From an uncultured Candidatus Saccharibacteria bacterium (GTDB lineage Bacteria; Patescibacteriota; Dojkabacteria; J137): a stretch of DNA of 64,000 bases. The position numbers and the translations under genes are program-made. The notes under the pieces were generated by a model. It had not been told where the DNA came from. It made no database searches and was given only the letters and a program-made list of their open reading frames with translations. The stretch lies in NCBI GenBank assembly GCA_965230975.1, contig OZ246402.1:509009-573008 (forward strand), read 5' to 3'. This document shows, piece by piece, positions 48,907 through 58,197 of this stretch. Each line of letters opens with the position of its first letter. The stretch's first letter is position 1.

Positions 48907-50904
48907 TTAACTTTCGTTATTTTTATATAGTAATGATTGAAGCTCAATAGCCGGCATTTCCCATATAGATCTAATAGCATCGTTTAAAGTTTTTATATCT
49001 GGATTAATTCGCATAACTTTAAATGCAAGATCCTTCATAGATCCTAGTCTTAAATCTAATTTATCCATGCTTTGCTCAACTAGCCAATCTAGACGAACAC
49101 ATATAATTTTCCCTACAGTAGTAGAAAAATATCCACCCATACCTACAGTCAGCTTATTTTGCTGTTGTGGAGGTACTAAAGCTGTGAAATGTACCACTTC
49201 CTCATTATCAGGCATGGCACTCCTAAGTCCCATATGCGAGTACCATACTAAGCTAGGATTAGGTTGAATAAAAACAGAACTGGCTGGTACATTGCTATGT
49301 TGTATTGCTTGATAATTAATTTGTTGCATTACTTTTGTTATTTCAAATTGTATTCCATCTCCCCAGTCATCTAGGCGAGGGAATATCTTCTGCCTTTCTT
49401 CCTTTGGTTCTAGTTTAATTAATCTGCCGAGCTCTCCTTCAGGGTAAGTATCTGTTAGTATTTCATTTGCCCATATCATCCTTGGGTCATATATGACATG
49501 ATTGAAGGAGCCTAGTCTTTCAACTTTTAATATTGGTGCTACAGAATTTAGCATCCCCGGAATAGAGTTGTCAGATATTAGTGTCCTTGAAATAAATTCT
49601 TTTGCCTTTTTATATCCTTTTGGATCTAAAGTCATAGTTGGTGTATTTGATTCATTTTTTACAGTTATGTTTAAACCCCAATATTCAGATAGATTTTTTA
49701 TATCAACTTCTGTCAGTTGCTCAAATGGTAATGCGATTAGATTCATTAGTGAAATATATTCTGATTTTCCTCTTCGCATATCTATTCCAGAGTCCCTAAT
49801 TCTAGAGACGGGAACAGTTTTCCTACTTAATGTTAAATCTTCGTCAATTGAATATCTTATACCCCCTGCAAGGAGGTTAGATGAGCTGTTTTGCATATAT
49901 ATATTACCTTGGGTTGTCATTGATACCATGTCTCTGGCAAAAAACTCAGTGGATAAAATGACTCCTTCTATCGTTTTTAACTTTTTTTGTTGATCTGTAT
50001 CTAATTTTGATACTTCGCCAACTCTTGAATTTGTATAATCATGATTAACATAATTATTGCCTAATAACTCTATATATTTAACTATAGCTATCAGGCAATT
50101 AAGAAGTGGGGTATTGTAGCCAAACCTTTGGGTTAATGTCTCTATAGCGCAATCAATATCGCCCTGGCAAATTGCTAATAAATTCGCAACAGCAATAGTT
50201 ACATTACCTGAACAATAAACAACAAATGCATCCAACCCATCATTAATTGAAGTTACATTTTGAGCAATTATAACCCCCTCTTTTCTTTTTTCGTAAAATT
50301 CTTTAGCTATATACAATCTGGACTTTTCTGAGGGCTTGTCCTTATTCTCAATTATAGGCTCTATATTGATATCATTAAGAATATTGTTTACTATAATTTC
50401 ATTATGTTCAATATCTGATAAAAGCAGTTTTACAAGCTCAATCTTAAGCTTAACAAATCCATTGCTAAGCTTGTCAATAACTACATATACCTTTATCCAA
50501 TTGTGCTGACTTAAAGCATCTATTAACTCTTGCCAGTAGGTTTGTATTTTTTCTTGAATGTTTTCAATGATTATTTCCTCTCCTAATTCATTTGCAATCG
50601 ATTTAATTTGTTCTAAAATGTATGTTTTTATAAGTAAATTTCGATAGTAAATGAATTCTAAGTATGATAAATCTTGGGAAAGGTCATATTTTTGAACATT
50701 TATTATAAAGTTAACTTCGTTGCTGGCTGCCCAAACACCTTTGATATAGTCACCCATGAAATCGATATTCATTTGAACTAAGGGGAATCCATTACCTAGC
50801 ATTTTTTTAATGGAAGTAGTTAGGTGGATAATATTATCCAGAAAGGCTGTTTTTACATTATCTATCACACTTGTTTCTGTGTCCGCAACCATTAAGTCTG
50901 ACAA
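48907..50904 (-). CDS. large hypothetical cytoplasmic protein (665 aa), no recognisable domain
   Basis: Long intact ORF between the tandem XRE regulators and the histidine kinase, co-directional with both. No TM segments or motifs recognised. Confidence 0.55.
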   Translation of the reverse strand: MSDLMVADTETSVIDNVKTAFLDNIIHLTTSIKKMLGNGFPLVQMNIDFMGDYIKGVWAASNEVNFIINVQKYDLSQDLSYLEFIYYRNLLIKTYILEQIKSIANELGEEIIIENIQEKIQTYWQELIDALSQHNWIKVYVVIDKLSNGFVKLKIELVKLLLSDIEHNEIIVNNILNDINIEPIIENKDKPSEKSRLYIAKEFYEKRKEGVIIAQNVTSINDGLDAFVVYCSGNVTIAVANLLAICQGDIDCAIETLTQRFGYNTPLLNCLIAIVKYIELLGNNYVNHDYTNSRVGEVSKLDTDQQKKLKTIEGVILSTEFFARDMVSMTTQGNIYMQNSSSNLLAGGIRYSIDEDLTLSRKTVPVSRIRDSGIDMRRGKSEYISLMNLIALPFEQLTEVDIKNLSEYWGLNITVKNESNTPTMTLDPKGYKKAKEFISRTLISDNSIPGMLNSVAPILKVERLGSFNHVIYDPRMIWANEILTDTYPEGELGRLIKLEPKEERQKIFPRLDDWGDGIQFEITKVMQQINYQAIQHSNVPASSVFIQPNPSLVWYSHMGLRSAMPDNEEVVHFTALVPPQQQNKLTVGMGGYFSTTVGKIICVRLDWLVEQSMDKLDLRLGSMKDLAFKVMRINPDIKTLNDAIRSIWEMPAIELQSLLYKNNES

Positions 50905-50988
50905 CTAATTGATGTATAACTATTGAATTATAACACAATCTGAGCAAAATAAAGAAAAACGACAATTTGTTTTGACACGGTTTGATTT

Positions 50989-51759
50989 TTACATGTTCAT
51001 AACTTTTCTGACTATTAATAATAGTTTACTCGAAGGCTTGTATTCTATAACTCTGAACCTTTGGTTATTCCAAAGTAGCTCTATTGAGTAAGTAAGTTTA
51101 AGAGGGATATTTTTATGTTTAAAACTTATTGTTCTATTACTTAATGTTCTAAAAACTAATTCTTTAGAAGAAGCTGCTAAGTTCCAATAATAATATGCTT
51201 CTGGATTCTTATTAATAAATTCCATCATCTCTGTATAACATTTATCACCTTCCATAAAGTACATTTCGGCATAAGAATTCATAAAAACATCCTTAGCTGT
51301 TAAATCGAAATTTTTGTCGTCTAAAAACTGTCTTATACCTAAATCTGGATTTATAATTAGTTCTGTAAAGTACGACATTAAATACCGATCTCTTTTTACT
51401 CCTTCTGTTTGAATAATTCTTGCGAACCCTTCGGACATGTAGATAATTCTATTTCTATCATCCATTAAATACGCAAAAGTCATTTTTTTATTAAAATGAT
51501 CGTAAACAGTTTCGACAGCTTTCTTTATCTCAAGATCAGTTGGTGGTTCAGAACTAATACCAATTAAATAGTCCTGCTCAAATTTATTTAAATCAAAAAC
51601 CTTAGATATTTTTAAAAGAGTCTCTTTTGTAGGATTGATGTCATTATTTTCAATCCTGCTAATAGTACCTGTAGAAAGCCCAACTGCTAATTCAAGTTCT
51701 AATTGTGAAAAGCCTTTGAGTTTTCTAAAAACTCTTAACTTGTTACCTAAGGTGTTCAT
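50989..51759 (-). CDS. XRE-family HTH regulator with ~190-aa C-terminal domain (paralog B)
   Basis: N-terminal HTH MNTLGNKLRVFRKLKGFSQLELELAVGLSTGTISRIENNDINPTKETL. Start overlaps the stop of paralog A (ATGA). Confidence 0.75.
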   Translation of the reverse strand: MNTLGNKLRVFRKLKGFSQLELELAVGLSTGTISRIENNDINPTKETLLKISKVFDLNKFEQDYLIGISSEPPTDLEIKKAVETVYDHFNKKMTFAYLMDDRNRIIYMSEGFARIIQTEGVKRDRYLMSYFTELIINPDLGIRQFLDDKNFDLTAKDVFMNSYAEMYFMEGDKCYTEMMEFINKNPEAYYYWNLAASSKELVFRTLSNRTISFKHKNIPLKLTYSIELLWNNQRFRVIEYKPSSKLLLIVRKVMNM

Positions 51760-52538
51760 GATATTAACTTTGAAGAAAAATCTTTTACAAATTTAAGAAT
51801 ATAGTTATTTGGCCTAAATTCTATAACTCTAAATCTTTGATGATTAACTAATCTTTCAACAGAATATTCTAGTGTAAACTTAAAACCATACATATTAACT
51901 TTAAGCTTTCTTAACTCAAACGATCTATAACTAAGCTTGCTGTATAGTTCTTTTGCTTTATTCCAGTATTTACTTGCTTCGGCATTGCTATTTATATACT
52001 CCATTAGCTCTTCGTAACACCTATCTCCCTCCATAAAATACATATCCTGATAAACCTCTAAAAATCTATAGGTAGCAATTTCATCAAAGTAGTCGGGGTC
52101 AGTATGTTTTCTGATACCAAGATTGTCCTGTATTAAGACTTTGGGAAAGTACTGCATTAAAATATTCTTTTCATCCTCATCTGAAATTGATGCTGCAATC
52201 TTAAACCCTTTAGATAATGCAATAAATCTATCCCTATCATCAATCATGTATGCAAAAAACATTTTATCGTTGAATGTTTCTTTTATAGATTCTCTGACTT
52301 CTTTAATCTCTTCTTCTGTAGCTGGTTTTGCAGTAGATCCTATTAGATATTCATATTCTAATATTGTTAGATTTAGAACTTCTGCTATTCTCATAACCGT
52401 TTCTTTTGTAGGATTGATATCACTATTTTCTATTCGACTTAAAGTGCCCGTAGATGTACCTGTTGCTAATTCAAGTTCAAGTTGTGAGAAGCCTTTGAGT
52501 TTTCTAAAAACTCGTATTTTATTACCTAGTGTATTCAT
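51756..52538 (-). CDS. XRE-family HTH regulator with ~190-aa C-terminal domain (paralog A)
   Basis: N-terminal HTH nearly identical to paralog B for ~50 aa. The C-terminal domain is homologous but diverged (MFFAYMIDDRDRF vs MTFAYLMDDRNRI). Confidence 0.75.
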   Translation of the reverse strand: MNTLGNKIRVFRKLKGFSQLELELATGTSTGTLSRIENSDINPTKETVMRIAEVLNLTILEYEYLIGSTAKPATEEEIKEVRESIKETFNDKMFFAYMIDDRDRFIALSKGFKIAASISDEDEKNILMQYFPKVLIQDNLGIRKHTDPDYFDEIATYRFLEVYQDMYFMEGDRCYEELMEYINSNAEASKYWNKAKELYSKLSYRSFELRKLKVNMYGFKFTLEYSVERLVNHQRFRVIEFRPNNYILKFVKDFSSKLIS

Positions 52539-52594
52539 ACATCTAGTTTAATAGTTAGATGTATGTGTTTTACCACATTTTTATGACAAAAGAA

Positions 52595-52620
52595 AATGTG
52601 CCGTGGCGCAAATTTTCATA
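52595..52620. promoter_or_regulatory. operator-like motif AAAATGTGCCGTGGCGCAAATTTTCAT upstream of the XRE pair
   Basis: 24/27 identity with 56550-56577. Imperfect palindrome TGTRCCRTGGYRCA. Lies 57-82 bp upstream of the XRE paralog A start. Confidence 0.45.
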
Positions 52621-52623
52621 TAA

Positions 52624-53310
52624 TTAATTAACTATGCTAGTTACAATATTGTTACACTCTTCAACACTAGTATTATTAGAAAGACAGTATGCTTTAAAAT
52701 AATAATCTCCCAGTTTAAGCTCTCTTACTCCACAGTGAGTACTAATACCAAAACATCCTGAGAATTCCATTTCGTTTGAGTAGTAATATTTAAATAAATA
52801 AGTGGATTTGATGCCTTGAGGTAAATCGAAATCCATATTTTCATCCTCAACAATGAAAACCCCATTTGTAAGTTCACTTGATTTGACTTTGTTATCAAAG
52901 AGACCAGCATCTTCGCCTAATGAAGTTTTAAGTATAAAAGCTGAATTATCGTTTTCTACTATTATCAAGTCATCATCAATTTTATAGTTACTGAGTAAGG
53001 GTATTTCTGCGTTCAAGGTTATATATGTATCTTCTGCAGATCCTAGAGTAGGTCGTTTCAATCTATACTCAATTAATTTCTTGCTAGTACTATCGTAGCT
53101 AGGAGAGGTGTTTAGGGAATATGAAATAGGTATACTTATAGGATAGCTATTAATCTGTTGAAGTTCCAATTGCTTATTTTCAGGTTTACTAAATATATTG
53201 AAAATAGCCCAAATAATAATTATTACTAAAGTTACAATGATTAATATAATAAACATGTATTTCGGATATAGTTTTTTCATAAATTTATTGTATAAAAAAT
53301 TTGGCCTCAT
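52624..53310 (-). CDS. hypothetical membrane-anchored extracytoplasmic protein
   Basis: 228 aa. N-terminal TM (FIILIIVTLVIIIIWAIF), C-terminal Cys-containing domain. Confidence 0.5.
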   Translation of the reverse strand: MRPNFLYNKFMKKLYPKYMFIILIIVTLVIIIIWAIFNIFSKPENKQLELQQINSYPISIPISYSLNTSPSYDSTSKKLIEYRLKRPTLGSAEDTYITLNAEIPLLSNYKIDDDLIIVENDNSAFILKTSLGEDAGLFDNKVKSSELTNGVFIVEDENMDFDLPQGIKSTYLFKYYYSNEMEFSGCFGISTHCGVRELKLGDYYFKAYCLSNNTSVEECNNIVTSIVN

Positions 53311-53947
53311 TACTACCTGAAGAATTAATTGTAGTTTCGGGTTGGATCACTATGGAACTACTCGCTTGACATATATATGGGGCTGTTATGATATTTCCTT
53401 GAATTAAAACATTTGGACTCCCACATGACGCTCTTGCTACATATTTTCCAGCGGGTTCCACGTTAGGATTGTTTACATTCAATTGCAACCCAAAATAGGG
53501 GCTTGGATCAACATTTCCTGCATCGCTTCCTGATGAAGAAACAGTAATATGCAAATGAACCTTGACATCATAATCTTGATATCCCAACAGTGTATTCGTA
53601 TCAACTAAGCTATTTGTTGATACTTTCCTATCTTTAATATGCCAATAGTTAGTATAAAGGCTATCTGAATGATACACTACAAATCCAATACTCCCTTCCC
53701 ATACTACTTTTCCAGTATATGCTGCATAAATTGCGCTACTTTTACCAGAGATATTATCTATCCAATCTCCGCTAGGTGTAGACCATATATCAACACCTGT
53801 GTGACCTCCTGCTATTCGATTATCACTTTTATATCTCCAATCACCCAGGTATCCTGTAGAGGGCCAAGTAAAGTTTTCGGCTTTCACCATAACAGGGCTG
53901 ATAATTATAAACATAGCTAAAATTAGCAAAATTTTAAAGTTCTTCAT
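53285..53947 (-). CDS. M23-family (LytM-like) metallopeptidase, secreted
   Basis: Signal peptide. HxxxD (GGHTGVDIW) and HxH (VHLHITV) zinc-ligand motifs. Confidence 0.6.
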   Translation of the reverse strand: MKNFKILLILAMFIIISPVMVKAENFTWPSTGYLGDWRYKSDNRIAGGHTGVDIWSTPSGDWIDNISGKSSAIYAAYTGKVVWEGSIGFVVYHSDSLYTNYWHIKDRKVSTNSLVDTNTLLGYQDYDVKVHLHITVSSSGSDAGNVDPSPYFGLQLNVNNPNVEPAGKYVARASCGSPNVLIQGNIITAPYICQASSSIVIQPETTINSSGSNEAKFFIQ

Positions 53948-54695
53948 TTTTAATAGTTGATTTAAAATTAGTATTTAATCGATATTGAAGTTTTAGAAGC
54001 TCCTTGTCGAAATCGCTATCATTTTTTAATTTCATACTTTTGGGTTTGACATCTTTTAGTTTGAATGTATTAAGTATCTTTTTATATATTTTCTGGGCAA
54101 TATCATCTTTGGTGTCAAATAAGTCATCTTCATCTAATATAGATATATAATTCATCTCAAATATAACTCCTAAGTTACCTTTCTTAAATGCAGTATAGAC
54201 ATCGTAATATCTCCCACGTTGATCAGTATGCAAGTTATAAACGATCTGATACCCATCATAGTTTTGGATTTTTATTGGTCTAAATTGCTTTATATCTGCT
54301 ACTCCATGTGTACTTAATATGAATCTTTCTAATAAGTTTTTAGCATCGGAACTATTACTTGCATCTATTGATATAATTTGTATATCCAAATCTTGCATAC
54401 CATCAATAATTTTTTTCAATTTGTAATGGGTGTAAGTATCTTTCTCATAAAACTTAAACTTATATTCTGCTTTAGTTAGTTCATTAGGTAGGTCGATCGA
54501 GTAACTTTCATCATTAACTGAGTTGGAGTGGTAGCTCACCGGGTAGCTAACCAGCTCTCCACCATTTACACCAACAAATAGAGAAGATGCAATTAAAATT
54601 ACAATGAAAGCTGTAAAGAAAACTTTACTAGCCAGTTTATTTTTTATTTTCATTTTGATTAATATAAAATTTATTAATATCATCGTACGCCTCAA
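53934..54695 (-). CDS. hypothetical secreted/membrane-anchored protein (TTG start in track; ATG 12 nt downstream possible)
   Basis: 253 aa, N-terminal TM. Overlaps the M23 gene start by 14 nt (operon). Confidence 0.5.
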   Translation of the reverse strand: MRRTMILINFILIKMKIKNKLASKVFFTAFIVILIASSLFVGVNGGELVSYPVSYHSNSVNDESYSIDLPNELTKAEYKFKFYEKDTYTHYKLKKIIDGMQDLDIQIISIDASNSSDAKNLLERFILSTHGVADIKQFRPIKIQNYDGYQIVYNLHTDQRGRYYDVYTAFKKGNLGVIFEMNYISILDEDDLFDTKDDIAQKIYKKILNTFKLKDVKPKSMKLKNDSDFDKELLKLQYRLNTNFKSTIKNEEL

Positions 54696-54771
54696 ATCTT
54701 ACAAAAAACTTACAATTTCAAAATTTGTACTTAATAATTTAGAAATTAGCCCACAGTTTGAGTTTTTGTAG

Positions 54772-55500
54772 CTAAACACCAAGTAATTTTTCTAACTTTT
54801 CAATTCTTTGATTTAAAGATTCAATTTGACTGTCTTTTTCAATCAAATGCAAAGTTAACTCTTCAATTTTTTCCATTTGCATCTTATTAATCTCTGCTAA
54901 ATTTAAACCGCTCTTACCAATATCTTGGGCACTAGGAATATTAGGCAAATGATCGTTAACTTTTATAAACTCATGAACCTCTTTTAAAGACATTAATTTA
55001 TAATCATCCGAAAAAACATAATCTGGCCAAGATGTAGCATTAGTAGTTACAATAACCTGTTTTGCTTGAACTGTACCATAAACATTTAATCTAGCTTCTG
55101 CAGATGTATTAGCAGACTTAATTACAACATTTCTCCAAGGCGAGAAAAGTAAGTCCCCACCACATCCGGAACATCCAGCATAACTTCCGGCAGGTTGTTC
55201 TATAGCTAGTGCATACGAACCTAAATCTGATCTACCATATTGCAAAGTTCTTATATTCCAATATCTTCCTGGGCTATGTTCTAATCTAATATGATTATAT
55301 TTTTGACTAGCATCGTTACCACCAAATGTTTGGATTCGATAAGATGCTTCTGGGACATTGGTACCAAAACCTACTGCTCCATTATTGTAGTAAATTGCAT
55401 TCCCATTGTAATTCCAAGGGAAGTCATTAAATGCAGCATTTGTTTTTAGAGGTAGAAATAATGAAATTCCAATGATTAATAAGGCTATAATTTTTTTCAT
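54772..55500 (-). CDS. secreted protein with phage-tail-fibre-type C-terminal intramolecular chaperone (peptidase S74-like) domain, paralog 2
   Basis: Signal peptide. C-terminus WPDYVFSDDYKLMSLKEVHEFIKVNDHLPNIPSAQDI...MQMEKIEELTLHLIEKD, then a coiled coil. This is the hallmark of 'tail fiber domain-containing' / endosialidase-chaperone proteins. Confidence 0.6.
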   Translation of the reverse strand: MKKIIALLIIGISLFLPLKTNAAFNDFPWNYNGNAIYYNNGAVGFGTNVPEASYRIQTFGGNDASQKYNHIRLEHSPGRYWNIRTLQYGRSDLGSYALAIEQPAGSYAGCSGCGGDLLFSPWRNVVIKSANTSAEARLNVYGTVQAKQVIVTTNATSWPDYVFSDDYKLMSLKEVHEFIKVNDHLPNIPSAQDIGKSGLNLAEINKMQMEKIEELTLHLIEKDSQIESLNQRIEKLEKLLGV

Positions 55501-55562
55501 TTTTTAAACAATAAAAATTAATAGAAAGATAAAATAAATAAGTTTTCTTCTTGATTTATTAT

Positions 55563-56429
55563 TTACCTCAACATAGTTTCGATTTTTTCTAGTCTAGACT
55601 TTAAATCTGTATTCTCAGATCTTAAACTTTCATATTTATCAGTTAAACTTTTAATCTCGTTATCTTTTTCAATCAAATGCAACGTTAACTCCTCAATCTT
55701 CTCCATTTGAAGTCTTTGCATTTCGCCAACTGAAATACCATCACTACTAATATCACTGGCACTTGGGATATTAGGTAAATGACCATTTTTATTAATGTAA
55801 TTATTCAAATCAGGCAAACTCATTAAATTATATCCATCATCAAAAACATAATCTGCCCAAGGATTAGCGGACACTTTAATCTGTTTTGCGCTTAAAGTAT
55901 TATCAATATAAGTTCTACCATCCGTGTTGACCTGAAATACCGCATTACTACCATTATTTAACTGAAGAAGATATCTACCAGAAGTGTTATCAGATCTAAC
56001 AAAAATCCCATACCCATCATTATATGCAAGTCTAACATCAATATTATTATTTAGCGCAGTCACAGCCCAAGGGCTACCCGAGGTGGTAGCACTTTTAAAT
56101 TTGCTTGGCCCGTTAACGGTAAAGTTTACAGTATCTTGGTCGTAACCTAAGTGAACATCTCCATTTTTATTAATATTCATAACTTGCCAATGTGTAGGGC
56201 CAGAAGTACCTTCCCTAACCGCAAACTCAAGTTTATCCCCATTACCTCCATTATGAAGGTAATACTGTGTGGAATCATAAGTGCTTTGAAGCGTTTCAAA
56301 AGAAGCACTATTTTGTTTTTTAATACCAATACCATCAGAGAACCAAGTAGGAGCAGCACTTACTACATTTGTTAAACATAAGGTGCAGACAATTACTGTT
56401 GTAGCTACTACCAAAATTCTATTTATCAT
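55563..56429 (-). CDS. secreted protein with phage-tail-fibre-type C-terminal intramolecular chaperone domain, paralog 1
   Basis: Signal peptide. C-terminus WADYVFDDGYNLMSLPDLNNYINKNGHLPNIPSASDI...MQMEKIEELTLHLIEKD plus a coiled coil. Confidence 0.6.
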   Translation of the reverse strand: MINRILVVATTVIVCTLCLTNVVSAAPTWFSDGIGIKKQNSASFETLQSTYDSTQYYLHNGGNGDKLEFAVREGTSGPTHWQVMNINKNGDVHLGYDQDTVNFTVNGPSKFKSATTSGSPWAVTALNNNIDVRLAYNDGYGIFVRSDNTSGRYLLQLNNGSNAVFQVNTDGRTYIDNTLSAKQIKVSANPWADYVFDDGYNLMSLPDLNNYINKNGHLPNIPSASDISSDGISVGEMQRLQMEKIEELTLHLIEKDNEIKSLTDKYESLRSENTDLKSRLEKIETMLR

Positions 56430-56549
56430 GAGTTTTATTTAAAAAGTAATACAACTAATTTAAACTTCAAATCTTACAAAGTACTGACAATTTGAAATTT
56501 TCTTAAATTTGTTTTATACCCATATCCTAAACTTGAAATTTAGAGTCAA

Positions 56550-56577
56550 CAATGTACCATGGCACAAATTTTGAAAT
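56550..56577. promoter_or_regulatory. operator-like motif CAATGTACCATGGCACAAATTTTGAAAT upstream of tail-fibre-like paralog 1
   Basis: Second copy of the motif found upstream of the XRE pair. Lies 121-148 bp upstream of the 56429 start. A half-copy (TACAAATTTTGAA, minus-strand reading) is at 54717-54730. Confidence 0.45.
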
Positions 56578-56670
56578 ATTGATTACCTGTTAATAAAAGA
56601 TTTACAAAAAAAACGTAAATACTTAAAAAGATAATCCTAAAATAAAAAAATTAAATATTAGCCCATAAAA

Positions 56671-56973
56671 ATGGACGATACAACAAGCACAACTACTACT
56701 AGAACGACAAGAAGCACATATAATTCAAACTCAGAAGAAACAAATAACTTTTTAGTAGCAGGAATAATAGTTGCCTTTATTTTGTTATTAATTGGAATGT
56801 TTTTGTATTTAAATGCATCTAACCAAGCAGCCAATGAAGCAATCAATACAATGACAGAACAAGAGAGAGAGAATCAAAACAATAATCAAACAGAAGATAC
56901 AACACCGTCAAACCAAGATTCAGACCAAGAAAATAACATGGAGATAAGAGTCTCAATACCAACAAGCTTATAA
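56671..56973 (+). CDS. possible small Thr/Asn-rich membrane protein
   Basis: 100-aa ORF and the only plus-strand ORF in a 20-kb minus-strand block. One TM helix, low-complexity flanks. Confidence 0.3.
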   Translation: MDDTTSTTTTRTTRSTYNSNSEETNNFLVAGIIVAFILLLIGMFLYLNASNQAANEAINTMTEQERENQNNNQTEDTTPSNQDSDQENNMEIRVSIPTSL

Positions 56974-58122
56974 CACGCTAGGCTCTAGTATTTTTAAAAC
57001 AGAAGATGCAAGAAGATGAGATGCAACGTTCGTCGTACATAATTCATCGCATAGATCTGCATCAAAAAAAGTTTGAAAATCATTTTTTAACTTTATAATT
57101 AAGATTCTAAAATCTTCGGTATACATAACATCTTTTATCTGAATAGGATATCGATTCATTATGCTAGAGAAGAGGTTATTAACTCTTGCCGATAAAGTTC
57201 CAAAGGTTGCATAAAACTGATCATAATTGGTTTGTAAGTACACCGTCTCAATTAGCTTAATAAGCTTGCTAAATAGTATTAAATACTTTAACAGCATTTC
57301 ACTCTTGGCTAATATTAAATCAGCATCTGCTGAACGCTCATCAATATTTATTTCTAAGAACTTGAGTATTTCTTCTATACTTTTAGCCATCTCATTTGCA
57401 ACTGGGTTTACTAATTCCCCCCAAATAAAAAATTTAGATTCTTCGGGTGTTTTAAAGCTATCTTTATGGAATGATTCAAATTTTTTGGGATTATCGTTTA
57501 TTAGTTTGACTGCAATTAATATGTCTTCAATAATAAGATCTAGCAAATTAACTCCTTCTGTTTCTCTATTTACTTTTTCCAAAGCTTTATAAATCCTATA
57601 GTTAGACCTCGCCCTTAGATTAAGCGTTAGTAACCTATCTGCAAAGTTAATGTTTGGAGCATCTGCATTGATTGCACTTAATTCCAATGCCTTATAGAGT
57701 ATAGCGTTTGTCTTTTTGTACCATATGTCAAGTTGAACCTCATCATTTCTATGTAAATGGTGTATAGCTAGCTTTGTTGTGTAGTAAGATATATGTATTA
57801 ACGTATGTCTAAATGACTTAATATCGTATTCAAGTAATTGTAAACAACTTTCTGCAAAATTTATAAATTTAAAATGTAGATCTGCAATAGTCATGGTCTC
57901 ATCTAACGTTTTTGCATAGACTCTTACAGCTTCATCTAATGCTTTAAGTAAGAATTTTACTTTATGAGGGTCTATATTCTCTTTAATGTACTGAAGTTCT
58001 GAGGGTTTATTAAGTAATTCAACTAAAGATGAAGCAAGTTGAAAATTACCTCGTATTATTTCTGCTAAATCATAGTAGCTATGTACCTCTAGCTGGGTTA
58101 TTACATCACTTGCTAACTGCAT
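56968..58122 (-). CDS. hypothetical all-alpha cytoplasmic protein
   Basis: 384 aa. No motif. Immediately downstream of the ABC exporter pair on the same strand. Confidence 0.5.
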   Translation of the reverse strand: MQLASDVITQLEVHSYYDLAEIIRGNFQLASSLVELLNKPSELQYIKENIDPHKVKFLLKALDEAVRVYAKTLDETMTIADLHFKFINFAESCLQLLEYDIKSFRHTLIHISYYTTKLAIHHLHRNDEVQLDIWYKKTNAILYKALELSAINADAPNINFADRLLTLNLRARSNYRIYKALEKVNRETEGVNLLDLIIEDILIAVKLINDNPKKFESFHKDSFKTPEESKFFIWGELVNPVANEMAKSIEEILKFLEINIDERSADADLILAKSEMLLKYLILFSKLIKLIETVYLQTNYDQFYATFGTLSARVNNLFSSIMNRYPIQIKDVMYTEDFRILIIKLKNDFQTFFDADLCDELCTTNVASHLLASSVLKILEPSVL

Positions 58123-58197
58123 AATAGTAATTTTTAATGCCGAATTATAGCACCACTATTTATAATTTTTACAAATAGAAAATTACTGAAAGTCAGA

